Below, piece by piece: positions 55,219 through 63,902 of a stretch of 64,000 nt of DNA. Each line of letters opens with the position of its first letter. The stretch's first letter is position 1. This DNA comes from Chloroflexota bacterium (GTDB taxonomy: Bacteria > Chloroflexota > Dehalococcoidia > Lucifugimonadales > JADFKI01): NCBI GenBank assembly GCA_009840355.1, contig VXNZ01000017.1:925-64924 (forward strand). The letters run 5' to 3'. The position numbers and the translations under genes were made by a program. The notes beneath the pieces are model-generated. The model was not told the DNA's origin. It did not search any database and saw nothing but the letters and a program-made list of their open reading frames with translations.

Positions 55219-55251
55219 TGCTCAATAATCACAGGTGACTAGGAATAATCG

Positions 55252-55545
55252 CTACTGGTGCGCCGCCTCTTTGAGCTCCGACCCGGCAGAGAAGCCCACG
55301 CGCTTATGAGCAGGCACTTCTATGAGATCGCCCGCGCTGCTTCCGTGTATTGGCCGCACCTTTCGCGCCTTGACATCGCGCAGTTCGAAAGAGCCGAACC
55401 CGGTAAGCACCACCCTATCACCTGCCGCCAATGCCTGCTGAATGCTCTTCAGCACCGCATTCAAGGCAGCTTCACCCTGCGCGTGAGTGCCGCCCAACTC
55501 TCTAGCGACATCTCTCGAAATGTCGTTCTTCCTAAGGGTAGCCAT
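55252..55545 (-). CDS. hup: HU-family DNA-binding protein
   Basis: 97 aa. Contains GDRVVLTGFGSFELRDVKARKVRPIHGS...IEVPAHKRVGFSAG, the HU/IHF beta-arm signature. Confidence 0.9.
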   Translation of the reverse strand: MATLRKNDISRDVARELGGTHAQGEAALNAVLKSIQQALAAGDRVVLTGFGSFELRDVKARKVRPIHGSSAGDLIEVPAHKRVGFSAGSELKEAAHQ

Positions 55546-55789
55546 CTATACCCGCCCTCCATTGTCTTTGTGTTCCCTATTTCAGATTATACCTGTAGCC
55601 CCAACAAACATCGGCAACCGCCGAGGGACTGTAGCGCTAAGCCGACCGTATCGACAAGCCAGATATACAAACTAGACTTTGGAAATATCAAGAACTAGAA
55701 TGCCTTCTGAACTTAGACGCCACAAATATATCCCAAACGACGAGTACATGTAAAGACTTACTTCCGAAAATACAAGCAGGAGTTTTGAA

Positions 55790-56647
55790 ATGAATTTAGA
55801 ACTAATTGCCGATTATAACTGTATCGTTGGGGAGGGTCCCATGTGGCATCCCTTGGAGAATGCCGTCTATTGGGCGGACATTCCGCAAGGCAGGATTTTC
55901 CGCTACGATCCAGGTTCCGGCGAACACGGTCTCCTGTTCGAATCTGGCGAAGTAGGCGGCTTTACCGTGCAGGCGGACGGCTCCCTGCTGTTGTTCATGG
56001 GCCGCGGCGCGGTAGCCACACTGCGCAACGGCGAGCTGCAATACCATATTTGTGAGATTGCAGAAGAGCGCCGGTCGCGCTTCAATGATGTCATCGCAGA
56101 CCCGGCAGGGCGCGTGTTCTGCGGCACAATGCCATCGCCCGACCATCTCGGCAGCCTATACCGCCTCGACACCGACGGCTCCGTCACCAAAGTGCTCGGC
56201 GACATCGGCATTTCCAATGGCATGGGCTTCACGCCCGACGCCAAGCAAATGTATTTCACCGACTCGCCCACGCATAACATATACATCTTCGACTACGATA
56301 TTGAATCAGGCGAGCTATCGAATCGGCGCGTTTTCGTCAACACCGGTGAGAACGACGGCATCCCTGACGGCATGACGGTCGATGCTGACGGCTATGTCTG
56401 GTCGGCGCGCTGGGACGGCTCGTCGCTCGTGCGCTACTCACCGGAGGGCGAGCAAGTCAATCGCATTTGGTTTCCCGCGCGCAAAGTATCGAGCGTAGGC
56501 TTCGGTGGCGAAGATTTCACTGATATGTATGTTACGACAGCCGGCGGTGAGGATAAAACCGGTGAAGGACCGGGCGCAGGTTGCTTGTATCGGCTGAATG
56601 TAGGTGTGAAGGGGAAGGCGGAGTATCTGTCGCGGGTTGGGATATGA
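55790..56647 (+). CDS. SMP-30/gluconolactonase/LRE-family protein
   Basis: 285 aa. Contains GEGPMWHP, RFNDVIADPAGR, SNGMGFTPD and PDGMTVDADGYVW, the regucalcin-type propeller motifs. Confidence 0.9.
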   Translation: MNLELIADYNCIVGEGPMWHPLENAVYWADIPQGRIFRYDPGSGEHGLLFESGEVGGFTVQADGSLLLFMGRGAVATLRNGELQYHICEIAEERRSRFNDVIADPAGRVFCGTMPSPDHLGSLYRLDTDGSVTKVLGDIGISNGMGFTPDAKQMYFTDSPTHNIYIFDYDIESGELSNRRVFVNTGENDGIPDGMTVDADGYVWSARWDGSSLVRYSPEGEQVNRIWFPARKVSSVGFGGEDFTDMYVTTAGGEDKTGEGPGAGCLYRLNVGVKGKAEYLSRVGI

Positions 56648-56983
56648 TGGTGTTGCGGGCGTGTGATGGGCAAGTGAGGGGAAATATCCGTCAGTCGCAT
56701 AAGAGCGTTAGCGTGGCTGTAGGTGTTGGAATGCACTTTTCCCCTTCCCTGCCTTACCCTCGGATGAAGAAAGGAATATAGGACACCGGCGCCGCGACTT
56801 CACATTCTTCCCACTCTCGAAATTCAGGACCGATGCTGTCGCAAATTGCCATTCCAATCGCGGCGACGCGCAATTTCGCACTACAAGCGTTTTGACCGAC
56901 CAGATAACGCGTGCTAAAATAGGAAACCCACACACGAAATCACTCACGGAATAACACACCACTGGTTTGGCAGGAGGAGGGCT

Positions 56984-57739
56984 ATGTCTGGTCACTCTAA
57001 ATGGTCAACGATAAAGCATGCGAAGGCGATTACGGACGCGCGCAGGGGCAAGTTGTTCACCAAACTGACGCGCGAGATTATCATTGCGGCACGGCAAGGC
57101 GGCGGCGACCCGAGCATGAACATTCGCCTGCGCATGGCGATGCAGAAGGCGAAAGACGCCAATATGCCCAATGACAACATCGACCGCGCCGTCAAGCGCG
57201 GCACGGGCGAGTCCGGTGACCAGGATCAGATGGTCGAATTCACCTACGAGGGCTATGGTCCCGGCGGTGTGGCGATCATGCTGCAGACGCTGACTGATAA
57301 TCGCAACCGCACGGTTTCCGATATCCGATCCACACTGACGAAGGCAGGCGGCAACCTGGCGCAGTCTGGCGCGGTCGCGTGGCAATTCGAGCCTAAGGGC
57401 ATCGTGGTCGTGGACGCCGAACCTGACGACGCAGAAGAGTTCGCTCTCGTCGCCATCGATGCCGGCGCCGACGACTTCGAGACTTTCGACACCACGCTGC
57501 AGATATACTCGCCCATTGACCGGCTCGAAGAAATCCGGCAGACACTAACGGACACCGATGCCGCAATCGTGTCGTCCGAGCTGTCCATGATTCCGAACAG
57601 CACCATCACGCTTGACCGGAAAGTCGCCAACCAGATTCTGCGCCTGCTCGACCAGCTCGAAGAGTTGGACGATGTGCAAAAAGTCTATTCCAACGCCGAT
57701 TTTCCGGACGAAGTGCTGGAACAGTACCGGGACGAGTAA
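56984..57739 (+). CDS. yebC: YebC/PmpR-family transcriptional regulator
   Basis: 251 aa. Begins with MSGHSKWSTIKH.KA..DA.RGK.F, the canonical N-terminus. A GGAGGAGG RBS lies upstream. Confidence 0.95.
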   Translation: MSGHSKWSTIKHAKAITDARRGKLFTKLTREIIIAARQGGGDPSMNIRLRMAMQKAKDANMPNDNIDRAVKRGTGESGDQDQMVEFTYEGYGPGGVAIMLQTLTDNRNRTVSDIRSTLTKAGGNLAQSGAVAWQFEPKGIVVVDAEPDDAEEFALVAIDAGADDFETFDTTLQIYSPIDRLEEIRQTLTDTDAAIVSSELSMIPNSTITLDRKVANQILRLLDQLEELDDVQKVYSNADFPDEVLEQYRDE

Positions 57740-57745
57740 CCCGCC

Positions 57746-58246
57746 GTGCGTTCGTTAGGAATCGATCCCGGCACTCATAATATGGGAGTCGGCGCGATAG
57801 ACACGGACGGCAGTGCGATGACATTTGTGAACGCAGATGTGCTGAGGGCGAAGCGTACGGCGCCACAAGCAGAGCGGCTTCACCAACTATACACTTTGCT
57901 GATCGAATACATCGCGGAGATTGCGCCGGACGAAATCGCCATCGAAGAACCCTTCGTTGGACGTAATGTGAAGTCCGCGCTTTCGGTCGGGCGCGCGCAA
58001 GCGGTGGCGATGATGGCCGCCGCCGCATCGGACATTCCGGTGCAAACATACGCGCCGCGCGAGGTCAAATTGGCGGTAACCGGGTTCGGCAACAGCTCCA
58101 AGTCGCAAGTGCAGGAAATGGTGCTGCTCGCACTGCAAGCAAGCGCGCAGCCAATGTCTCAGGACGCGTCCGATGCGCTCGCGGTGTCGTTCTGCCACAT
58201 AAACGCGAGGCGCGCGCAAGCGCTGACGCAAGGAGCGCGGGCATAA
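57746..58246 (+). CDS. ruvC: Crossover junction endodeoxyribonuclease RuvC
   Basis: 166 aa with a GTG start. Contains LGIDPG, AIEEPFVG and DASDALAV, the acidic catalytic residues. Confidence 0.9.
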   Translation: MRSLGIDPGTHNMGVGAIDTDGSAMTFVNADVLRAKRTAPQAERLHQLYTLLIEYIAEIAPDEIAIEEPFVGRNVKSALSVGRAQAVAMMAAAASDIPVQTYAPREVKLAVTGFGNSSKSQVQEMVLLALQASAQPMSQDASDALAVSFCHINARRAQALTQGARA

Positions 58247-58249
58247 CTC

Positions 58250-58831
58250 ATGACCTCACTCATATCCTCGATACGAGGCACGCTTGAAGGCACGGGCTCC
58301 GATTGGGCAGACATATCCATCGGCGGCATTACGCTGCGTGTCAGCGCGCCCGCATCGTCTCTCGAATCAATCGGGCCGGTCGGCGGCACGGTCCGCCTTT
58401 TCACATCGCTGCAAGTGCGCGAAAACAGCCTCAATCTCTACGGCTTCGACACGCCGGAAGCTTGTCAGACATTCGAGACGCTAATCGGCATCAACAGAAT
58501 TGGGCCACAAGTCGCGCTGAACATTCTGTCCATTCTGCGTCCAGAAGTCCTTGCCACTGCTGTCGAATCCGGCGATGTCAACAGCTTCTCGGCAGTGCCC
58601 GGCGTCGGCCGCAAGACCGCGAGCCGCATCCTGTTGGAACTCAAAGGCAAGCTGGAACTCGACTGGAGCGTCGCAAGCACACCGGCGCTCGACACGGACG
58701 CCCTAGACGCTCTCGTGGCGCTCGGCTATACGCAGGTTGAGGCACGGGAAGCCCTGTCCGCCCTGTCAGACGACGATGGCGCAAGTGCAGAAGACAAGGT
58801 TCGCCTGGCGCTCTCGCAGCTCGTGGGCTGA
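58250..58831 (+). CDS. ruvA: Holliday junction branch-migration protein RuvA
   Basis: 193 aa. Contains I.SIRGTL and HhH motifs (LIGINRIGPQVAL, VPGVGRKTASRI). Confidence 0.9.
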   Translation: MTSLISSIRGTLEGTGSDWADISIGGITLRVSAPASSLESIGPVGGTVRLFTSLQVRENSLNLYGFDTPEACQTFETLIGINRIGPQVALNILSILRPEVLATAVESGDVNSFSAVPGVGRKTASRILLELKGKLELDWSVASTPALDTDALDALVALGYTQVEAREALSALSDDDGASAEDKVRLALSQLVG

Positions 58832-58844
58832 GCAATCCACGCAG

Positions 58845-59615
58845 ATGGATACCTCACCATACGACGATTGGGCGGACATCTACGATGCCGTGTATTCGTA
58901 TGTGGTGGAAGACATCCCGTTCTATGTCGAAGAAGCCGTCCGCTCCGGCGGTCCTGTCCTCGAACTGGGCTGTGGCACCGGGCGCATCGCTATTCCCATA
59001 GCCCAGAGCGGCATTGACATTGTAGCCGTAGATTCGTCATCCGCCATGCTGGAACACGCGCGAAGCAAAGCCGAGTCCGCGCACACGCCGAATCTGAATC
59101 TGCTGCAAGCGGACATGCGCGACTTCGAGATAGACACGCAGTTCGCCCTAATCATCATCCCGTTCAGGGGATTTTTGTCGTTGCTCTCGGTCGAAGACGA
59201 AATGCGCACGCTGGCGACCATCCGCCGGCACTTGGCGCCCGGCGGCAGGCTAGTCTTCGACATATTCGTGCCGGATCTAAGCATGATGGTGCAGGCGGGC
59301 GATGTTCCATATTACTTCAGGGATGTCATAGACCCGGCAATCGGCGCTCACATGGTCATCTGGAATCAGGCGAGCTACGATGCTTTCAGCCAGGTGATGA
59401 GCATTCGCACCACTATCGAAGAACTCGACGATTCCGGGCGCGTAGCAAGCAAGATGTACCGCGACTTCGCCCTGCGTTACATCACACGCTGGGAAATGCA
59501 CCACCTGCTGCGCACATGCGGCTTCGACGTGCTTGCGCTCCACGGCGACTTCAACCGCAATGACTTCGACGAGGACAGCACAGATATGATCTGGGTGGCG
59601 TCGTCCACCGGCTGA
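58845..59615 (+). CDS. Class I SAM-dependent methyltransferase
   Basis: Frame of ORF 58737..59615, starting at ATG 58845. Contains motif I VLELGCGTGR and post-I DSS.AML. Confidence 0.85.
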   Translation: MDTSPYDDWADIYDAVYSYVVEDIPFYVEEAVRSGGPVLELGCGTGRIAIPIAQSGIDIVAVDSSSAMLEHARSKAESAHTPNLNLLQADMRDFEIDTQFALIIIPFRGFLSLLSVEDEMRTLATIRRHLAPGGRLVFDIFVPDLSMMVQAGDVPYYFRDVIDPAIGAHMVIWNQASYDAFSQVMSIRTTIEELDDSGRVASKMYRDFALRYITRWEMHHLLRTCGFDVLALHGDFNRNDFDEDSTDMIWVASSTG

Positions 59616-59644
59616 TTCATCAGGCTTGCGGTTCGTCGCGCAAC

Positions 59645-59688
59645 ATTTACCTTCCCCCCCGGAAGGTTAGGATGGCGGCAAATTCCCA
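59645..59688 (+). repeat. Dispersed intergenic repeat copy (hairpin plus AAGGTTAGGAT core)
   Basis: The sequence is ATTTACCTTCCCCCCCGGAAGGTTAGGATGGCGGCAAATTCCC. A 7-bp perfect stem joins ACCTTCC (59649-59655) with GGAAGGT (59661-59667). The core is at 59663-59673, and the copy starts 30 nt after the methyltransferase stop. Confidence 0.7.
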
Positions 59689-59832
59689 CCTACACACTCC
59701 CAATTTGCAGTCCGTTGCTATCCAACAGCCGCATTATTCGTTATATTATTTCAGGAAGAAGCGTACATCTCCATCGCCGTAGTTGCGTTTCCCTCATCGA
59801 ATTGACCCAGCAAAATTGAGATTCCGCGCGAC

Positions 59833-61209
59833 ATGAGACAGGCAGACAGAACGATTTTCGTCCGGGCCCCTATGCCCTTACTATTGGTCGGGCTATTCCT
59901 GGCGCTGTTCACGATAACGGCGTGCACCAGCGCGCCAGCCGCGCAGGTCGATGCCGATGCAGCCGCCTTGACTAACACCGGCAATACCGCACATGGTCAA
60001 GCCGAGACAACACAAGCGTCATGGCAGGGATCCAACGACACGGCAGGTTCAGTGCAAGCACAACCGGAATCGCCGTCGGCAAATAATTCCAACACTGCGA
60101 CTACGGTCGAACTAGACGCCGACAGCGTTGTAGCCGCGTACGAAAAGGTCATCGGCGATGTGCACGATAATGTGTTGCCGTCGGTCGTCAGCATCTTCGT
60201 GTTGAATCGCGTTGAATTTACCGGACAGATTCCGAGCATCCCGTCTCCCTTCCCGTTTGGACAGACCACTCCACCAAGCGGTGATTCTAAGCAGGACTTT
60301 TTCTACCGCAACGGACAAGGATCGGGCTTCGTCTGGGACACTGAAGGGCACATCGTAACGAACCGGCATGTTGTCGCGGATGCCGAGCGCATCACGGTCG
60401 TGTTCTCGGACGGCAGCGAAACGGACGCAGAAGTTGTGGGCATGGACGATGATTCGGACTTGGCGGTGATTAAGATTGACCGCGATGCCGAACTCTTGCA
60501 GCCCGTAACGCTCGGCGACAGCAATGCCGTGCGCGTCGGGCAGCTCGCCATCACCATCGGCAATCCATTCGGGCAGGAGTTCTCCACGACCACGGGCATT
60601 GTGAGCGCCATCGGCCGCACCCTGCGCGCCGGCGAATCACTCTTTTCGCTGCCGAAGGTGATACAGACGGACGCGCCGATGAACCCCGGCAATTCCGGCG
60701 GGCCTTTGCTCGACAGGCGGGGCCAGGTCATCGGCATTGACGCGCAGATTATCACGCGGTCAGGCGCGAACACCGGCATAGGATTCGCCATCCCCGTCAA
60801 CATCGCCAAGCAGGTGGTGCCGGAACTCATCAGCAGCGGCACATTTACCTACTCGTGGCTGGGCATCCGCGGCACTGACATTCGTGCCGAGACTGCAGAG
60901 TTGATGGGCGCGCCTGCGGATACTCGCGGCGCTCTGGTGATTGCGCTCGCGGACGGCGGACCTGCGCAAAAGGCGGGTCTGCTCGGCAGCACCAGGTCAA
61001 TGCAGACCGACGAAGGCAGCATCCGATACGGCGGCGATGTGATAACGGCAGTGGACGACAACCCCATCGGCGGCATGAACGACCTAATCATCTATCTGCT
61101 GGAGAATACGCGCCCGGGCGACGCCGTCAGGGTCAGCGTCGTGCGAGATGGCGGCGAAGTAACGCACTTGTGGGTTACCCTTGAGCCGCGCCCTCAAGCA
61201 CCGAACTAG
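59833..61209 (+). CDS. HtrA/DegP-family serine protease with PDZ domain, lipobox N-terminus
   Basis: 458 aa. It has the signal/lipobox LFTITAC, a low-complexity linker, the catalytic triad contexts TNRHVV, DSDLAVIK and NPGNSGGPL, and a C-terminal PDZ domain. Confidence 0.9.
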   Translation: MRQADRTIFVRAPMPLLLVGLFLALFTITACTSAPAAQVDADAAALTNTGNTAHGQAETTQASWQGSNDTAGSVQAQPESPSANNSNTATTVELDADSVVAAYEKVIGDVHDNVLPSVVSIFVLNRVEFTGQIPSIPSPFPFGQTTPPSGDSKQDFFYRNGQGSGFVWDTEGHIVTNRHVVADAERITVVFSDGSETDAEVVGMDDDSDLAVIKIDRDAELLQPVTLGDSNAVRVGQLAITIGNPFGQEFSTTTGIVSAIGRTLRAGESLFSLPKVIQTDAPMNPGNSGGPLLDRRGQVIGIDAQIITRSGANTGIGFAIPVNIAKQVVPELISSGTFTYSWLGIRGTDIRAETAELMGAPADTRGALVIALADGGPAQKAGLLGSTRSMQTDEGSIRYGGDVITAVDDNPIGGMNDLIIYLLENTRPGDAVRVSVVRDGGEVTHLWVTLEPRPQAPN

Positions 61210-61327
61210 CATCAAGCGCAAACCGGCGCAACTGGAATCGTTGATGCCTTTCCGGTATGATTTCTACATCGGGCAGACAGTAATCCGACAATTCGCAGCA
61301 TCATTTGCGAATGGAAAAGTGAGAACG

Positions 61328-62020
61328 ATGAAAATCAGAACTACGCTATTCCTGCTGCTGGGGCTAGTTGCGGCTGTTTCAGCAATAATTGGTTGCGGGT
61401 CGGCGCCGGCAGTATCGCAGCCGAGCGAACCGGCGAACATCCCTGACGCTGCGCCGCAAGCAAGTGAACCGGCGCCCCCAGAACCGTCTCAACCCGTCAC
61501 CACTATGTTTCAAGCCGATTCCGAACCGCCGAAGGTAACACAGCCGATGGCGAGTGAGCCGGAAGCTGCGCCTGTCGAAGTCGGCTATAAGGTGGGCATG
61601 ATGGCGCCCGAGTTCGGGATGAGCCTGTACGACGGCACGAGGGTTACGTCCGCGAGCCTCGCCGAGCAAGGCAAGCCCACCTTCATCTATTTCCACGCGA
61701 CTTGGTGAGGCACCTGCCGCGTCGAGTTACGGCGCATCAAGGAAGAGATTGGCGCAAGCTACAACGACCAAGTCGCAATCTACATCGTCGGCACGGACCC
61801 GTCCGAGAGCGTCGAAAAGCTGGAAGCCGATAGGGAACGTGAGAGCTTGCCATACGCCACCGCATACGCGGACGAAGGCATGCTGGAGACTCTGAAAATC
61901 TACACGCAGGCATCCAAAATCGCCCTAGACAGCGACGGCATCATCACGCACCGCTACGGTTTCGGCAAGGGCGACTTCGAGAACTGGGGCGACCTGTTCG
62001 CTGACATCGCCGCCAACTAA
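61328..62020 (+). CDS. TlpA/ResA-like thioredoxin-fold thiol:disulfide oxidoreductase lipoprotein, probable selenoprotein (in-frame UGA at 61706-61708)
   Basis: ATG 61328 gives MKIRTTLFLLLGLVAAVSAIIGC (lipobox). The ORF track stops at TGA 61706. The same frame stays open for 103 more codons to TAA 62018-62020. The junction KPTFIYFHATW-U-GTCRVE matches FWATW-C-G-P-C-R. Confidence 0.75.
61706..61708 (+). other. Candidate selenocysteine (UGA) codon in the UxxC motif of the thioredoxin-fold gene
   Basis: TGA occupies the first Cys of WCGxC. The downstream in-frame sequence completes a thioredoxin fold. Confidence 0.65.
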
Positions 62021-62106
62021 CGCAGTCTGTCTCAAGTCAACGCGGATTCAGTTATCATTGCCATTACCCAACCTTCTTCTTAGGTCGCCTTCACTGCGCG
62101 CGCCTG

Positions 62107-63609
62107 TTAAGCGCCGTCTTCGCCCTGATACAAGATGGTATCCGGCTTAAACACTGCCCACGCGAACCAGAAGTGATTGCCGTGGACTACGGGCGTTAGC
62201 TTCTTGCCTGCTAGCGGACCGTCGGTCGCGTTGCCGAAAATATCCCACGCGCTGCCGGTCTGGTCGTCCACTATACGGTCCTCCTCTGCGCCGAAAGTCA
62301 GCGTCTGCCCGTCTAGCACTGCATCGAACACGCCCGCGGCGCCGACATCGCGCGATTCGGCTATCGCGCTTGCGTCCAGCGCAGACGTCGTGCCAAACTT
62401 GTGAAACACCGCTATCTGACGCTCGCCAACCTCGTAGTTGATAACGCGCTCTTCCTGCAACACCGATAGCGGGAACGCCAAATCCACGCCATCCATGCTC
62501 ACGGCGATGACACGCTCAACCGGCAGCAGCCTGCCATCTAGGTCGCCGTTAAACAGGAACGGATTGCCGTCGTATGTATCGTATCCGGCGTATGGATTGC
62601 GACCGTACTGCCGCGTGAAGCCCGTTTCGCGCGACAGTACCTTGCCGTCCGGATGCGCACGACTGAAGTCGGCGAACGACACGATGGACGCAGGGAGATA
62701 TTCCAGCATGCGCCCGGCGTGTTCGCCGACGATGCCCTCGCCCGTGAACTGCTGCCACCACGTATGCGTCTGCCGGTCGTACATAATCAGGTCCGAGTTG
62801 CGCAGGTTGCCGGATACGCCGAATTCCAGCACTTCGCCGTCCAACCGCCTGTCGAACGCTATCGCCGAATTGCAAAGCGGGCAGAATGTCACGGAGACCG
62901 GCACGCCGCCCACAGTATCGTTGACAATCTCGTGCCAAGTAAGAATCTGCAGCGGATAAGCGCGCGCATCGCCGTCGATGTCAAGCGACACCACCGGCTC
63001 CACATCCTTTAGCCACGCCGCCTCAGACGGCGCGACGAACTTGGGCACGTCTATCGAAGGTATATTGTCACGCGGAATGACGAACCTAATCTGGCTGTAC
63101 GGCACAGTGTGAAGGCTGAAGTCGGTGTCCCATCCATTCGTACTGAGCCGTGCGGCATTCAGCGCCCGCTCGTAATCCGGGTCCGGCGTTACGCTACTCC
63201 GCTCGCTATCCGTAGTCACTATTGGCGCAGCAGTCGGAACCGGCTGTGTATCGGGCGTTGGCGAGGTGGTGATAGTCCCAGCCATCTGTTGCAGCGGGGC
63301 AGAAGTTGCAGTCGGAATTGCAACGGTTGTCGGCTCGACTGTTGGCAATGTCTGCGCTGGCGCGCTGCGCGATGGGGATTGCACACTAGGCGCTGTTACA
63401 GCAGACTGAGTTGCTGTGCTATCAGTTTTGGCGCGCGCCGCTGCGTCCGCAGCAGCCGGTGATGCCGAAATCGGAGCGGGCTGGCTTTGCGCCGGCGCTG
63501 CCGCAGTCTCCGTCGCAGTATGTCCGCAAGCAGCGAATATGACGCCGCCCAGAATGAACAATCCGACATAGACTAAGCGTCTTCCAATCCAAGTAAATCT
63601 GAGTGGCAA
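62107..63609 (-). CDS. DUF3179 domain lipoprotein (conserved CPLC motif)
   Basis: 500 aa with a TTG start. It has the lipobox VIFAACG and a long Ala/Pro/Thr-rich tether. The DUF3179-like core follows (IPSIDVPKF, YPLQILTWHEIVND, VTFCPLCNS, LIMYDRQTHTWWQQ). Confidence 0.8.
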   Translation of the reverse strand: MPLRFTWIGRRLVYVGLFILGGVIFAACGHTATETAAAPAQSQPAPISASPAAADAAARAKTDSTATQSAVTAPSVQSPSRSAPAQTLPTVEPTTVAIPTATSAPLQQMAGTITTSPTPDTQPVPTAAPIVTTDSERSSVTPDPDYERALNAARLSTNGWDTDFSLHTVPYSQIRFVIPRDNIPSIDVPKFVAPSEAAWLKDVEPVVSLDIDGDARAYPLQILTWHEIVNDTVGGVPVSVTFCPLCNSAIAFDRRLDGEVLEFGVSGNLRNSDLIMYDRQTHTWWQQFTGEGIVGEHAGRMLEYLPASIVSFADFSRAHPDGKVLSRETGFTRQYGRNPYAGYDTYDGNPFLFNGDLDGRLLPVERVIAVSMDGVDLAFPLSVLQEERVINYEVGERQIAVFHKFGTTSALDASAIAESRDVGAAGVFDAVLDGQTLTFGAEEDRIVDDQTGSAWDIFGNATDGPLAGKKLTPVVHGNHFWFAWAVFKPDTILYQGEDGA

Positions 63610-63902
63610 GTGAAACTCCGTTTCTAAATTGACCTTAATATCGTGACTTGTTCAGCTGGCGGATACAGCCCATCCGCCGGTAAGCTGAATCGACTTATCC
63701 AGATTTCCTATCACAGACTACGCTGTAGCTCGACTAGATCTTCCTCTCGAAAGTAGGAAGTGGGAAAGAACAAGGTGAACTGCTTGGATGAACGGTCTCA
63801 TCAATTAGGATGCTGATAAAGCAAGAATGATGCTCACCGTCGCAGATTCGACCCGCGGTATACGACTCAACGGGGAAACGGTACAGGGAAACAGAACGGC
63901 GG

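Noticed and set aside
63841-63875. A tRNA-like T-arm on the minus strand (CGCGG-GTCGAAT-CTGCG) just downstream of zwf.
   Set aside because: I could not build a matching acceptor stem, D-arm or anticodon arm from the flanking about 70 nt. The loop has G instead of the conserved T54. It is most likely chance similarity or a local hairpin.
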